Assembly: GCA_030141605.1 (NCBI GenBank)
Contig: JAQGDQ010000284.1
Coordinates: forward strand, 186,001 to 250,000
Direction of reading: 5' to 3'
Length of the DNA stretch: 64,000 nt
Source: Tubiluchus corallicola
Taxonomy: Eukaryota; Animalia; Priapulida
Below the pieces are notes generated by a model. It searched no databases. It was not told the origin of the DNA and worked only from the letters and a program-made list of their open reading frames with translations. Shown here one piece after another: positions 27,795-40,915 of the stretch. Position numbers and translations under genes: made by a program. Positions within the stretch are counted from its first letter, which is position 1. Each line of letters starts with the position of its first letter.

Positions 27795-28505
27795 TATTGA
27801 CTTCCGTTTTATGCACTTCCATTTTATACATAAGGTATTAGTAGTTTTCATCAATATTTATTTCTCTGAATTTATTAACTCAGAAGATTAATTTATTCAT
27901 TTCTTCCGTTCCAAAGATGGCGGAATTGCATTCTTTGTGAGCTAACAATAAGAAGCAAACCACAAATTGTATTAACCCTTTACAACGTGGTTGCATACAG
28001 ATAGGCAGCCTTTGATGAACAAATTGGTTCATTTTCAGTGCTCATTGAAATTTGTATTCGTCTGAAAAATGTTCGAAGAATCCAGCTTTTCCGGGAAAGA
28101 TCCTGTTTTGTTGCTTATTTTTCCCCTGAATCATCATGGATAATTCGACTGGCTGGAGAAAGTTGCATGACAGTTTGGGTTGCTTGACTGCCTTCCCCTC
28201 TTTTATGCAAAATATGAGTAAATAGATGTCTACTCTTGCGCAAACAAACTTTCGTGCCGGGACATGGCATGGGTTAGTCAATTATGGACAGACTTGCATT
28301 ACAGGGCCTGGATATTTTGTGAAAGCCAGAAATTACGTACCTGCTGTAAGGTCTAGGTCGTCCGACTTTCACAAACAACGACTTTCGAATTCATCGCGTT
28401 GCTGGTTATGTCAATTTTTACATTTCTATAGTTCATGTTACTTCATACAGACACCATAACATCTTTCTCTTTCTTTCTTTTCTCTATTCTCTGGAGTGAA
28501 ATAAC

Positions 28506-28633
28506 TTGATTGATTGATTGATTGATTGGTTGGTTGGTTGGTTGATTGACTGATTGATTGATTGATTGGTTCATTGATTGATTGACTGACTGACTGACTG
28601 ACCGACCGACCGACCGACTGACTGATTGATTGA
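28506..28633. repeat. (GATT)/(GGTT)/(GACT)/(GACC) compound microsatellite
   Basis: Direct reading. Confidence 0.92.
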
Positions 28634-29149
28634 TAAAAGGCTGGATGCTACAACAAATGTCAGTATTAAGGTTTTTAGTACTGGAAAGAGTTCTTAAACT
28701 TACTTATTTGAGGTGTTCATCATTCTGCTACACAAATAATATTGCAAAATATAAAATGGTTACATTTTAAATCATTTCTGTCATAAATCCATACTCGAAT
28801 TTAATACGTAACATACATTGATCAATGCAGTAAAAAAGACGTTAGTAGCAACAATAAATAAATGCTGCACAATGTGCAAATACAATTGTACAAAATACAC
28901 AATGCAATACAAAGTAAACAAAGAACAATGCATAATTAAATCATAATGGTCAGAGCAGAAGTCATAGCTACAGCTTGTAAAGACGTTAAGTGCTGCGTTA
29001 TCTTACAAATCTATCTGTCTCTCCACCGTAATGTCCGGTGAGCGCATAACCTTCTGGGTGTCAATTTTTCTAATTGACCCCCGAGGTCTCTCGAGTGTGC
29101 AGTGCGACGGAAGTTGGCAGCGAGGGACGCGAATTCTGATAGGATTCTG

Positions 29150-29680
29150 ACAATAACACATTGTCCATTTCCCCCGCTCGTAACACATGCGATATCTGCA
29201 TATTGGACATGTAAGTGATTAACAAAGAAGCAACGATTGAGCCCTGTGGAACTCCTATCGTACTCAGATTGTGGTTGTGGTTTTGCTACAATGAACAAGT
29301 GGCTTGCAGCACGCGAATAAATTGCTCAAGGATCTTCGTTACTACATCTGCCATTATCATGTTATTTCCATTAGAATGGCGGGCTCTGATTTTACCGGGA
29401 GTAGTTAATTGATAAAGGTCCACCCGCCGTGTATGTAAATGAGATTTTGATATTTTTTTGCATAATAATTAAGTTATTAATTTTAAAAAGTATGTTGAGA
29501 TGTACAGCAAAGATCATAAACGATGTTAATAATTGTTGGGTCGGCCGGATTGTCACATTTTGACAAGTCAGGGAAGAAAAATGGTCGCATTCCGTTATCA
29601 AAATGCTATCAATTCAAGCTGAACTGAAGGTCGTTTGTGTCCCAACCTTGGATTGTAGCTTTGTGCTTTACATACCCTTG
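29150..29680 (-). mobile_element. Old CR1/L2-group LINE reverse-transcriptase core remnant
   Basis: Minus-strand motifs appear in the expected order across frameshifts: FFPDLSK (~29570), IGVPQGSIV (~29250), QYADI (~29195). Confidence 0.7.
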
Positions 29681-29809
29681 TGATGTCTACGGTAGCCGGG
29701 ACTGACTGATTTAACACAGTTTGGGATAAAGAACTTGGGTTTTTTTATTGATTAGATACTTTCGTGCACGTAGTGTACTAAACTGCAAATATACGTGCTG
29801 CCTTATAAA

Positions 29810-29851
29810 TGAGTGAGTAAAGTGAGTGAATGAGTGAGTGAGTGAGTGACT

Positions 29852-29886
<35 letters not shown>

Positions 29887-30315
29887 CGACCGACCGAGTG
29901 AGTGAGAGTGAGTGAGTGAGTGAGTGAGTGAGTAAAGTGAGTGAGTGAGTGAGTGAGAGTGAGTGAGTGAGTGAGTGAGTGAGTGAGTGAGTGAGTGAGT
30001 GAGTGAGTGAGTGAGTGAGTGAGTAAGTAAGTAAGTACATAGGTAAGTAACTGAACGAAAGAGTGAGTGAATGAGCAAGTAACTAAGTAAGTAAGTAAGA
30101 AAGTGATGGGTGAGTCAGTGAGTGAGTAAGTAAGTAAATAAGTAAGTACATAGGTAAGTAACTGAATGAGAGAGTGAGTAAATGAGCAAGTAACTAAGTA
30201 AGTAAGTGATGGGTGAGTGAGTGAGAGTGAGAGTGAGAGTGAGTGAGTGAGAGTGAGAGTGAGTGAGTGAGTGAGTGAGTGAGTGAGTGAGTGAGTGAGT
30301 GAATGAGTGAGTAAA
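29810..30315. repeat. (GAGT)n/(AAGT)n compound microsatellite
   Basis: Direct reading. Confidence 0.95.
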
Positions 30316-31060
30316 CATTTTTTATTACGAACTAAAAGTTTATAGAACTCACATCTATGTAAACACATATACATATATACAAAATTTACATAGACAGTAA
30401 TTTGTACAAAAGTTACACACAAAGATTAGTGATCATTAAATAATAAAAATTGTGCAAATTAATCCTGCGTCTTTAATTAAGTTCTTTCATTTTTTATTTG
30501 ATAATCGAGTACTTTAGGTTTGCAAATCGGTTATCCTTTGTAACAAAACTGTAGAAAATTCAACTTCTCACATTTTCACCTAATTATGAATGTGGACTGT
30601 AATCACGAAGGCCATGTTTCTATTCAGCCCAGCTGCACACAAAAGGATATTATGACTATGTATAGCTGAATTTATTATACGGCTACTTGATATTATTACA
30701 TTTAATAGCTGATTTTATGACACGGTTTAAACTGTTATTGAGTTTTGCGTATTTGTGTGTTCACGCATGCGCAGACCGCGTGGCAGAAATGGAAGGATCC
30801 TAGAACGCCTAATTAGCTATTTTCCTAAAATATTAAAAATACATAAGGGTGTTTCGTATGCCTACAGCGCGTGTAGTTGAAAATGGCGTGTTTAGTTTGC
30901 GTAGAAGTAAGACGTAATTGATTTACTACTTTTTCTGGAGTAAATTTTTAATTAAACAGCGTCTGCTTGAATCTTTGGTTTGTTATTATGCAACAAGCTA
31001 GATTAATTAACTGTAAAACTCATGACGTAGAGTAGGTGTATCTACACACAAGTGAGGAGT

Positions 31061-31430
<370 letters not shown>

Positions 31431-31919
31431 TCGTCTCTCGCTCTGTGTGCCATTTCCTTTCCATTCCTTTCTATTTCCCTCTTTATCTGCCCACGTAGAC
31501 ATTTTTGAAATTTTTTTTTTTGCAAACATCTTATATGCATTGTACGATTACTACAGTCAAGAGCAACAGACAGGCATTGTAATGTCGGTTTATTATATGG
31601 ACACTGAATGGACAGGAACATGCTCATAAATTCATTATAAATTTGCATATGCTTGAATACGTAATTAAGGGGAAGGAGGGAGTGATTAAGTTGCCTTTTG
31701 CATGTCTGAACTTGGGATGATTGACCTGCAGTGAACTAATTGTCTGTTTTTTCTGTTCTTCTGCTGTGCATCTAAAACATCTATGAAATATTTTAAAGGA
31801 AACGACAACTCATTTAGCACATTGGAATTGTTTTACTGTTTTCACATAAGATGGTATAGCAGAATAATTGAAAAAACTCTTTATAAAGCATGGAGTTAAT
31901 TTATACTACTGCTGTGTAG

Positions 31920-32230
31920 AAAGTTCAAGCGCTACCACCGCCATTTTGTTGAAAATTGTGACGTAAATGGTGGACTTCTTGACTTTCTTTGTAAGGGCAT
32001 TTTTTGTAATTCTTTGTAAAAACTTATTATTGTTTAGACGGAAGTTGACAGTGCAGTGCTTTTCTTCAGTCGATGAATGATGTCATTGGTGGAAAAATGA
32101 GCAGTGTGTAGACATTTTTAAGCGAAGCGGTAGCCACTGTTCACTAGATTATGACGTAATTGGTGGACTGCTAACGCCATGTTATATAACTTTGTATGGA
32201 AAGTTCTTTGGAATATACTTTAAAATTCCT
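31920..32230 (+). repeat. Rearranged family C fragments
   Basis: cttcagtcgatgaatgatgtcattggtggaaaaa and tgacgtaa.tggtgga are shared with 14700-14930. Confidence 0.6.
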
Positions 32231-33427
32231 TTTCTTCCCTTTAATTGTAATTGTCTAGAACGCTATTTGAGCTAGGCATAGGCCTTATCTTCACAGATGT
32301 TAGTGAATTCTTTCACAAGAATGAACTGCATGTCCACAAAAACTTTATTCTTGATGCAAATATCAGTCAAAAATACACAAATTTGATTCCAGCTCAAAAT
32401 AACTTTCTCTGTTTTGCCACAAAGGCACAAACTATGCAAATTTCCAACCACATTCATCTACATTCACTTTTCAACACAATTTTACAATAACAGTAATCAA
32501 TTCTAATTGTGTTTTTGCAGTATTATCTTCCTCTCCATCATGGCTGAAATTCCTAGCATTACAAGTCTAATCGTTTCCCGTCAAGTATTTACCTAAGACT
32601 TTCAAAAGAGTTCAATCCAATCATCATGCTCTCACCTGTACAGGTATACGTTTACCTGTCCGAGTTTACCTGAGCGGTTCTTTGATGCGGCTTGTTTTAT
32701 GCAGGCCCGCTACTCGATGTTGTCAATGTAAATAGACTCGGTTATTTTTTAGGTGTAATTGCCTTTTGGAGAGGTCCACCGTGTTGTGCCTATGTCCGTT
32801 TCACGCCTTGTCCTCTGCCTCATGAATACAACGTCGACTTCCTGCTCTTGTTTATGCTTCTCAGTCGCTGTAGCTAGGTTAGTGGGCGTGAGTTCCTTAG
32901 GAGGGTAGCACTCTGTGACGTCAGTATGGTGGCTGAGATCAGGCCTTTTTCGAGAAACATCGAGATCTTTTTCCCTACAGTCCCTTTAGCGGGTTCTGCT
33001 GAGCTGCTGAGCTCTTCAAAATTGTCTTCCTACGCTATATTTTTGTCTCATTTTACAACCACAGAGCTGCTTCTATTCAGAACTGTCTGTTAGTGTTAGG
33101 TCACGTTTTTGCCTCACTTACGATTTTAAGCTGTTTAAGGCAAATATCAGTATGAAAGAACTGCTCTCTATGCTCAGTATGACAGTCAGCACCTCTGATC
33201 AGCAATCAGTATAGACCCTGAGTTCAGTTCCCCAACGGGGAAAATTTCGACTTTCGGCTAACAGTGCATTTTTTCTTAGCAAGTATCATTAACTTCATTA
33301 TAATCTTTCGTCTTATTGTTTAAACCTACAGTAGGTTCGTCATCTCTTAAAAAATTGGCGAGATATATGTTTTTTTCTCATATTTTCCAAAATAGTTGAT
33401 AAATGTTGCACATTGTCTCAATCAAAG

Positions 33428-34033
33428 GATTCAAACATCCATCAGTTCCGTCAGAATTATCGTCTGTGCAACTGTAGAAGCAGCATACGATTCAAACATT
33501 CATCAATTCCGACAGAATTATTGTCTATGCAACTGTAGAAGCAACATTGGGTTCAAACATTCATCAATTCCGTCAGACTTTCGTCTATGCAACTGTAGAC
33601 GCAACATAGGACTCAAACATTCATCAATTCCGTCAGAATTATCGTCTATGCAACTGTAGACGCAACATGGGATTCAAACATTCATCAATTCCGTCAGAAT
33701 TATCGTCTATGCAACTGTAGAAACAACATTGGGTTCAAACATTCATCAATTCCGTCAGACTTTCGTCTATGCAACTGTAGACGCAACATAGGACTCAAAC
33801 ATTCATCAATTCCGTCAGAATTATCGTCTATGCAACTGTAGACGCAACATAGGATTCAAACATTCATCAATTCCGTCAGAATTATCGTCTATGCAACTGT
33901 AGAAACAACATTGGGTTCAAACATTCATCAATTCCGTCAGACTTGTCGTCTATGCAACTGTAGACGCAACATAGGATTCAAACATTCATCAATTCCGTCA
34001 GAATTATCGTCTATGCAACTGTAGAAGCAACAT
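33428..34033. repeat. 60/61-bp minisatellite, ~10 units, with 182-bp higher-order trimer
   Basis: Variant ttgggttcaaac...cagactt recurs at 33547, 33729 and 33911. Confidence 0.95.
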
Positions 34034-35699
34034 GTCACTATGGTAAATTTGATAATTCCTTCTGTTAAACTCTCTCGTTCATCGTGTGGAATGTTCTTAC
34101 ACAGAAAATCACCTTTTCTACAGAATCGTTTTTGGAATCTTATATCATCTGCTGGGCCGTAATCTTCAAGAAAGCTAGCATCTTCCTCACCACAGATGGT
34201 GGCAAGGATCCGTTCGTGTGGCAGAGATCTTGAGGCGGGTTCTATAGGTCATTGGAAGGAAGGAACTGGACTATAAGAGTACATTTATCGTAACACAGTG
34301 GATTTTTTAAAGCTTTGCCTGATGTAGAACGGTCATGTGCCAAAAAAGACCAATTTTTTCTGTAATGTCACGTATGACCATCAATAGTTTCGAAATCTAA
34401 AATAGTTTACAAACCTTGAAAAAATAGTTTTTCATTGAATAGGTCCTCACTCTGCAAGCTATCAGATATCAACCGAGTTGTGTTAATGTTTCCTTTCTTG
34501 CGTCTCATATCCTGTAGATGACCAGTTTGGCTTCTAATGCCATAAAAGCAAAAATAGTTTTCCAGAACTTGAAATTGGTTTGAAGTTGAAAAAAATAGTT
34601 TTTAGTTGAAGAAGCTTGGTCAAAACTAAGCGGAGAAAGCTACCAGGACAATGACTTTCTTTTTAGGGACAAAAACGTCCCTACAGTTTCCATCGTTTTA
34701 AAAACCAATTAAAATTGTTAAGAACATCGAATATAACTGTAGGTAGTATTGGTCCAGCTAACAATATCGTCATTTGTGGTGAACTGAGCAGTTTGCAGTG
34801 CTGAATTGTAACTGTGTGTAGCTAAGTTAAGCAGCGTGTTACAATTGATAAACGTCCAATATTGTAATGCAGAAAAAATAACGCATAATGTAATAACTAA
34901 CCAATAATAAAATAGCATTACTTGATAATCTAATAAAATAATTACTGAAAAAATGAAAATCTTCTCTCTCCAGGCAGTGGGATATTATCTAACTGGTGCT
35001 AAGATTTCCTCTTTTGCGTCTTAGATCCTGTTCTGAAAAAGAAACAGAAGTATTTCCTGACTTATCAAACTGGCCCAACAACTACTGTGTACACTCGGCA
35101 AGCCAAGAAGTTCTTGCGCCCACATTTCCATAATCAAACACACTTTTCCTGCCCGTATTGTCATCGGGCATGGACCAAATTGTTTGGCTTGAGAGTTCCC
35201 AAGCTACCAGGGTAAACATGCACTTCACAGACCCACTAGAATTTGTTTAATGTGTGTTCATGATCTAGACGAGTGTTAGCAGCGATTAATAGAGGCCAGG
35301 TATTTAATTTTAGCTATATGTAAAGAAAACGTCAAACAGACGCCCAGGTGAAAATACACGTGTGGATGATTTCGAATTTTACCTGACGAAGACTACACCT
35401 TTTGTAGCCTTTGCTCGGTTTTTTACTATTGCTATTAAAATCATCTGCATATTCAGTTAAATTCGTTCTGGAATTTTATCCTCAGATCTTTTAACATTTT
35501 CTGTTGGTTCTTTTGTCTGAATTTCAGCTTCGGTGTTGTTATAATCAGTGTTGTTGTGATCAGTGCCATCATTGTCATTTACTAGAAATTGATCAGCATC
35601 CTTTTCGATATCGCCATCATCGACTTCTCTGTCGCTTCTGTCGTCACCCCCATCGCATTTCGTACAGTGTTTTCCTCCACTCTCACACCTCCTCATGCA

Positions 35700-36140
35700 T
35701 CCTTTTAATATTCGTCATCATCGTCATCATTGTTATCATCATTTTCATCATCATCTTCATCATTATAATCTTTGTCGTCATCATTATCAACATCATCTTC
35801 TTCATGATCATAATCAATTTTTTAGCATCATCATCATCATTATCACCATCATCATCATGATCATCATCAACATCATCATCTTCATCATTATAACTTTTGT
35901 CATAATCATTATCATCATCATCTTCTTCTTCTTCTTCTTCGTGATCATCATCATCATCATCAATTTTTATCGTCGTCTGTCATCATTATCACTATCATTA
36001 TTATCATCATCATCATCATCATCACCTTGATCGTCATTATCACCTTCGTCATAATGATTATCATCGTCATCATCATCTTTATCACCAATGATTGTCATCA
36101 TAATTTCCATCGTTAACTTCGATGACATCATCACTATCAG
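35700..36140. repeat. Degenerate (CAT)n field
   Basis: Direct reading. Confidence 0.9.
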
Positions 36141-37618
36141 CAGCACAGGTGATATTTTAGTGCAGTCATAAAGTAAGTTGGTTAGGAATACATTGTATTG
36201 CAGGTAATATTCATTGGTGTGTATCGTTTGGCCTTAAAAGCAAAGAATTTGTTTGATTATAAAAAGATGAAATTTGAAATAAAAGTGAAACTGGACAGAA
36301 GTTGAGATTGAGATTGTGTCTAGAAAGTTTGTACAGTGTTATAGTGAGTACGACCACCCAAACTTTCCTCTGAGATATGGCGTAGAATACTGATGATGCT
36401 GTAAGCTTTTCTTCATACATTTAACACATATTCGTGATTGTATGCATGCATTCATAGGCGCACAGAAAGAACATCAAATTAATAAAATTACTCGCTGGGA
36501 AATGCGCGAAATTCTTTCAATGTGTAATTACAGTAATCTCAAAAGGTAAATTCTTGTGTTACCTGTACAGGTGTGCTAGCTTACCGGTGGAGCAGCAAAT
36601 TTCGTTCGTGTGAAAAAAGTTTAATTCTCGCAGCGGACGTCCCGCCGGCTTTTGTAGAACGGGTTAAATTTAATCCGGGCACTTTGCGGCGACCATACAT
36701 TCTCCAGGTGTGGATTTGTGGGATCGCTTAGCACTGCTGGGTAGCCTAGAAAAATGTCGCCGTACAGTGGACTGTATTTTCTGACTGATCTAGCTTAACG
36801 TATATAGATTGCTCATTTAGTGAGCGACTTGTTAGTTTTTGTTCACTCTACCCAGGTGCACGGGGTGTCGCGTATTCCCCCATTCACGTATTTTGGCGTT
36901 TTTAGCGTCGCAGCAGCTGACCTGGCCTCGGTCACAAATGCCACTTTTGTTCCGGGGAATGAAATATGTTCGCCACCCCGTCGACTCGGGCTTGTTTGCG
37001 TATCGTATCCTATCATTCACATTTAAATGCGCCCAGCTTTTGACTGGCCAACTTTCTGACTGCTAAAAGAACTGAGAATGCTCGAAGCTTTCTCGAGCGG
37101 GGTATTAAATTCTTATTATGAACCGCGTGCTATTCTTATGGTAAATAACTTCACCCTCTTGGTGGCTCGCGACCTGGTCGTGTTTGCGAATACGTTTTCC
37201 CTGTTTTAGGTAAGAATCGAAAGAAAATCTGTGTTTATTTCTTGTTTATAGGCGTGCGTTTTCGTGTCGAAGCTCTCAGCTGCATAATGAGTTCAAAAGG
37301 GGGAACATAAGGCAGAAAAAGTCGCTTTTGGTCGTAACTCTTTCTTTTTTCCGCTTTTGTGTGAAGTCTTTGACAGGGCGGCTTGTTGGACTTGTTTTAT
37401 GAGCTCTTCTTTATACAAAGCGGTGCTGCTTTTGATATTTAAGGGAAAAAGGAAAAGTCTATACATCAGCAAGTTCCAGCTTTCTTATTGTTTAGATTTC
37501 AGAGTGGAAAAGGTGCTTCCTTAATCATACAGCCACCACTTTTCTTACTTTGAAAACGTAGAGCATACTTAGAATACGAATCAGTTGGCACTACAAAGTT
37601 GTAGGTGTTAATTCAATA

Positions 37619-37977
37619 AGCCTTTTTTATGATTCCAGTGATCGATGATGATCGTCAAAAGGTCAAAAGTTAAGTGTACCAGACAACGCATTTGTGTACA
37701 CTTGACAACGTTTCGCAGCGCATGCTGTTGTAATAGTAAGAGTTTTAACAGCTAGCTGGAACCTTACCTAGTTCATTTTTCCTTGTTCCCAGGCAAGATT
37801 CTGCTAGTAAATCACTCTACGCACAGCCTAATGCGTAGTTAAGTAAAACAACCGAAGTTACTGAACTGACTATGCAGATGGCTTTGCTTTACACACATGT
37901 GGCGGTTGTTGTTAAGATGCGTTGCTGTGGTACACTTAACTGCAACTGCGCGGCGTACAACGAAACCGTGAAATTCT
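37619..37977 (-). mobile_element. MITE family A, copy 3
   Basis: Reverse complement of 1069-1444; TA on both sides; ends ~70 nt before the INO80 acceptor. Confidence 0.78.
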
Positions 37978-38047
37978 TATTAATATGGGACCATCAAGCC
38001 TAATGAGTTCGCTCCTCGGTGATTGAATCTATTCTTTTACTTTTCAG

Positions 38048-38218
38048 ATATATCGGCCGCACCACCTAAGAAGGGACGCGGACGTGGAAGGCCGAAGGGG
38101 AGTACTAGCAAACGGGTCCGCGGGCGCGGGGCCACACTTAGCGCCGCTGAGCAAGCCGGGGCCCAAGCTGGCCTCTCTGCTGCCCTGGCTGCTTACGGTT
38201 ACAGCATGACCAAAAAAG
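38048..38218 (+). CDS. INO80: INO80 penultimate coding exon with AT-hook-like RGRPKGS and AGAQAGLSAALAAYGY motif
   Basis: Acceptor cttttacttttcag|AT and donor AAAAG|gtaaga. 171 nt, phase 1-1, GC-rich. Translation (D)ISAAPPKKGRGRGRPKGSTSKRVRGRGATLSAAEQAGAQAGLSAALAAYGYSMTKK matches recalled human INO80 RGRPKGS...SAAAMAGAKAGAAAASAAAYAAYGYNVSK. Confidence 0.9.
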
Positions 38219-39454
38219 GTAAGATATTTCACTGCTGTTGATTGTTAAACGAAGTGCACTGTTGTCATCAGTCACTGTTGCTGCTGCTGTTACCTGTAGA
38301 ATTTGCTTCATTCGAGCATTTTGTTGGTAACTCCACCAGTCACACATCATCTGATAACTCACAAACTGTAATTACTGGGCCTGTAATTTCCTTTTCTCCA
38401 TTTCCGATAAACCATGTACCTCGAAGGGTAGGGCTTGTTTCAGTTTACTCAAGATCGAATGTGACTGCTGCGTTAAGTCAACCGATCTGGGAGACAATGT
38501 GAAATTGTTTCATTTCTATAACCTATCTTAGAGTAGTAGAGTTTTCTAGGGGTGTCTCAGTCCTAGTCTGAAGTTTAAAGACTAATTCTTCTTCATCAAA
38601 CACAAAACAGTAACCCGTGTGGCCATCTTTAGCGACTGATATCATTTCTTTGGTACTTAACACACATCTGAAACTAATCTTTTATAGTTAATTTACAATT
38701 GCTTAGGATTATCTTATATTTTTCCTAACTTGCATTACGTGGGCATGTATTTTCTTATACGTCTGATAAAAAAAATCAATAAAATTGTAATAAGGCGTGC
38801 GGGAACATTCCCTAAATTCCCTGTGTTTTTGACTCTGAACTCTGCCCGGACTTAATCAATGTTCCCCGCTGGCTGCTATTGTCCCTTGAATGAATGCTCC
38901 CATTATTTTGCCCAGGAATGTGTTTTTTCTCCGCCTCACGGGACCCCGGCGTCAGTACCCTCACCCCCTGCCCGGCTGGCTTACCCAACTTGCGTGCCAT
39001 TAGTCTTAATAACGCATATTAAACATCGTAGCTGATAATACTTGCCATTATATGCCTGTGTTGATGCTCATTCGACTGAGGTGACAGCGTCCGGTACCCC
39101 GTCCATGCGTGTCCAGGGAGAGAGACGGACACGGGTCGAGACCCCCCGGGCGCATGCGCGAATAAATGTCCTCTTCCGGTCGTTAATCGTTTCCTGTTTA
39201 GCTTGGACAATGTGCCCTGGAGGATGAATGGAGCAGCACACTCGCCAGCAATGCGACTTGCTGTCAGAGCCATTGTCTAGGTTAACTTGCATGTTTCTTT
39301 ATGCAAAAGGCGTGCATAGTATGAGGCACCATTTATCTTCCTCTGGCTACAGTAGCCGCCATTGTAGCTGCCCGTCTTATGAGTCACAGCTGCGCTTTTT
39401 AAGATTTCTTCCAAAAGTCGTAAAGTTTCGTCTCCCCGCTTCTCTTCGCGTCCA

Positions 39455-39468
39455 CCGCTAGAGGGCGC
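39455..39468 (+). promoter_or_regulatory. CTCF-like motif CCGCTAGAGGGCGC
   Basis: Full match to the CC(A/G)C(C/T)AG(A/G)(G/T)GGCGC consensus, at the edge of a GC-rich block. Confidence 0.45.
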
Positions 39469-39494
39469 GATTTTGGGGGCGACATACATACATA

Positions 39495-40250
39495 ATGGAG
39501 TAAGTTCATGTTGGGTGAAGAAGCTGATAATGCCTTTATCTTCCGTCTTGATATGTCGTCTTCTGTTGCCAGCAGACTACCGAGATACTTGCATCTTTGC
39601 CATGGATTCATCACCATATTCTCAGCCTTGGAAACACGTTGCACAAAAACAGATGTTGTACCTTTCAGTTCAAAGATGTTCGGTTGTGACGTAGTGCGCT
39701 TGATCAAGAGCTCATGCGTGAGCACAGCAATAAATTTGAAATTCGATTTTTAAACTTAAATTTGCCGAACTATTGAATATTCTCAACCTTAGTTGAAACT
39801 GTATTTCTGTACAACTCTGAGCTCTGGACATTAAAAGCAATTCATAAAGCTGAAATCGATGCGTTTCAAAGGCGAAATTACAGAAACATTTTGGGTATTA
39901 GATGGCCAAAGAAAATTTCAAACAAAGATCTATATGAAAAAATAAAAGAAGAACCTTGGACAAGAAAAATAAAAAGACGCCGTTTAAGATGGATTGGGCA
40001 TATCATGCTTAGACTACCTGATGACGTTCCAGTGAAGATAGCTCTTCAACAAGCCATAGAACCAGCTAAAAAACCTGCAGGAGGACAAATGTTAACATAT
40101 TTAGATTTTGCACAGAAAGATTTAAACACTTCAACATTGATCCTTAGAAATAAATCCACTTGGGGCATTGCAGCATGTAGGGAGTCCTGGCATAGGGAGG
40201 TGGGCAGAGAACAACAGTTTTGCTTTCTCAGCAAACAACACGACGAATAA
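39495..40250 (+). mobile_element. 5'-inverted, truncated RTE-like LINE with an embedded family B fragment
   Basis: Minus strand 39615-39500 reads WQRCKYLGSLLATEDDISRRK. Plus strand 39777-40250 reads IFSTLVETVFLYNSELWTL...ILGIRWPKKISNKDLY...RRRLRWIGH...stop. Confidence 0.8.
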
Positions 40251-40504
40251 CAATGTAAACAGCTTTGCGGGTTTTTCATTGAATTACAGGTAGATGAGTA
40301 CCGGTGGCAGCTTTTCGGGCCACCCAGTAACATCCTCATTTCTGCTTTTCTTTCGCTTGCCTTGCATTCATGCTGTTGGTGTTTTTGGAGACATTCTAAA
40401 GCAGCTTTGAACAATGGGAGTGTTTGCTTAGTGGAAATTAGCATTGGCGATTTGGCTTTCCGAGATGAACAAGGTACCCCCGTATGAAGACGTTTACTGG
40501 GACT

Positions 40505-40580
40505 GAGTCAGCTAGCCGAGTGGTGTAAAGCGTTAGAGCTGGAGATTGCTTGGCTGGTTAACTGCAGTTGGAATCATTGG
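40505..40580 (+). mobile_element. Possible tRNA-derived SINE head
   Basis: A-box-like TAGCCGAGTGG followed by a degenerate B-box agttggaatc. Confidence 0.3.
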
Positions 40581-40915
40581 CGTTTCCTGTGAAACTCACT
40601 GCGTGGTAGGACCACTACCTATTTTGTTATCAAACGTAGTGCTTCGAGGTGGGATACTAAACGGGAAGAGATGTTGGTACAGACGTGTCGTTTCTGTTAT
40701 ATAGATAGCTGAAGGAACCGTCCAGAAATAACATTCCTGCTGGTCATCCATCCATTTTCTAATCAGACCCAGCAGTACTTTCAATCACTAAGCACTCGCC
40801 ACTCGTTGACCACTCAAATGTTTATCTGCTAGCTCTGTTTTCTCTTTATGTTTGTAAGTGAATACCTTCAAAGAGATCTTCTGTCTTAATGAATGTTTGA
40901 GGGACTAATATAATA

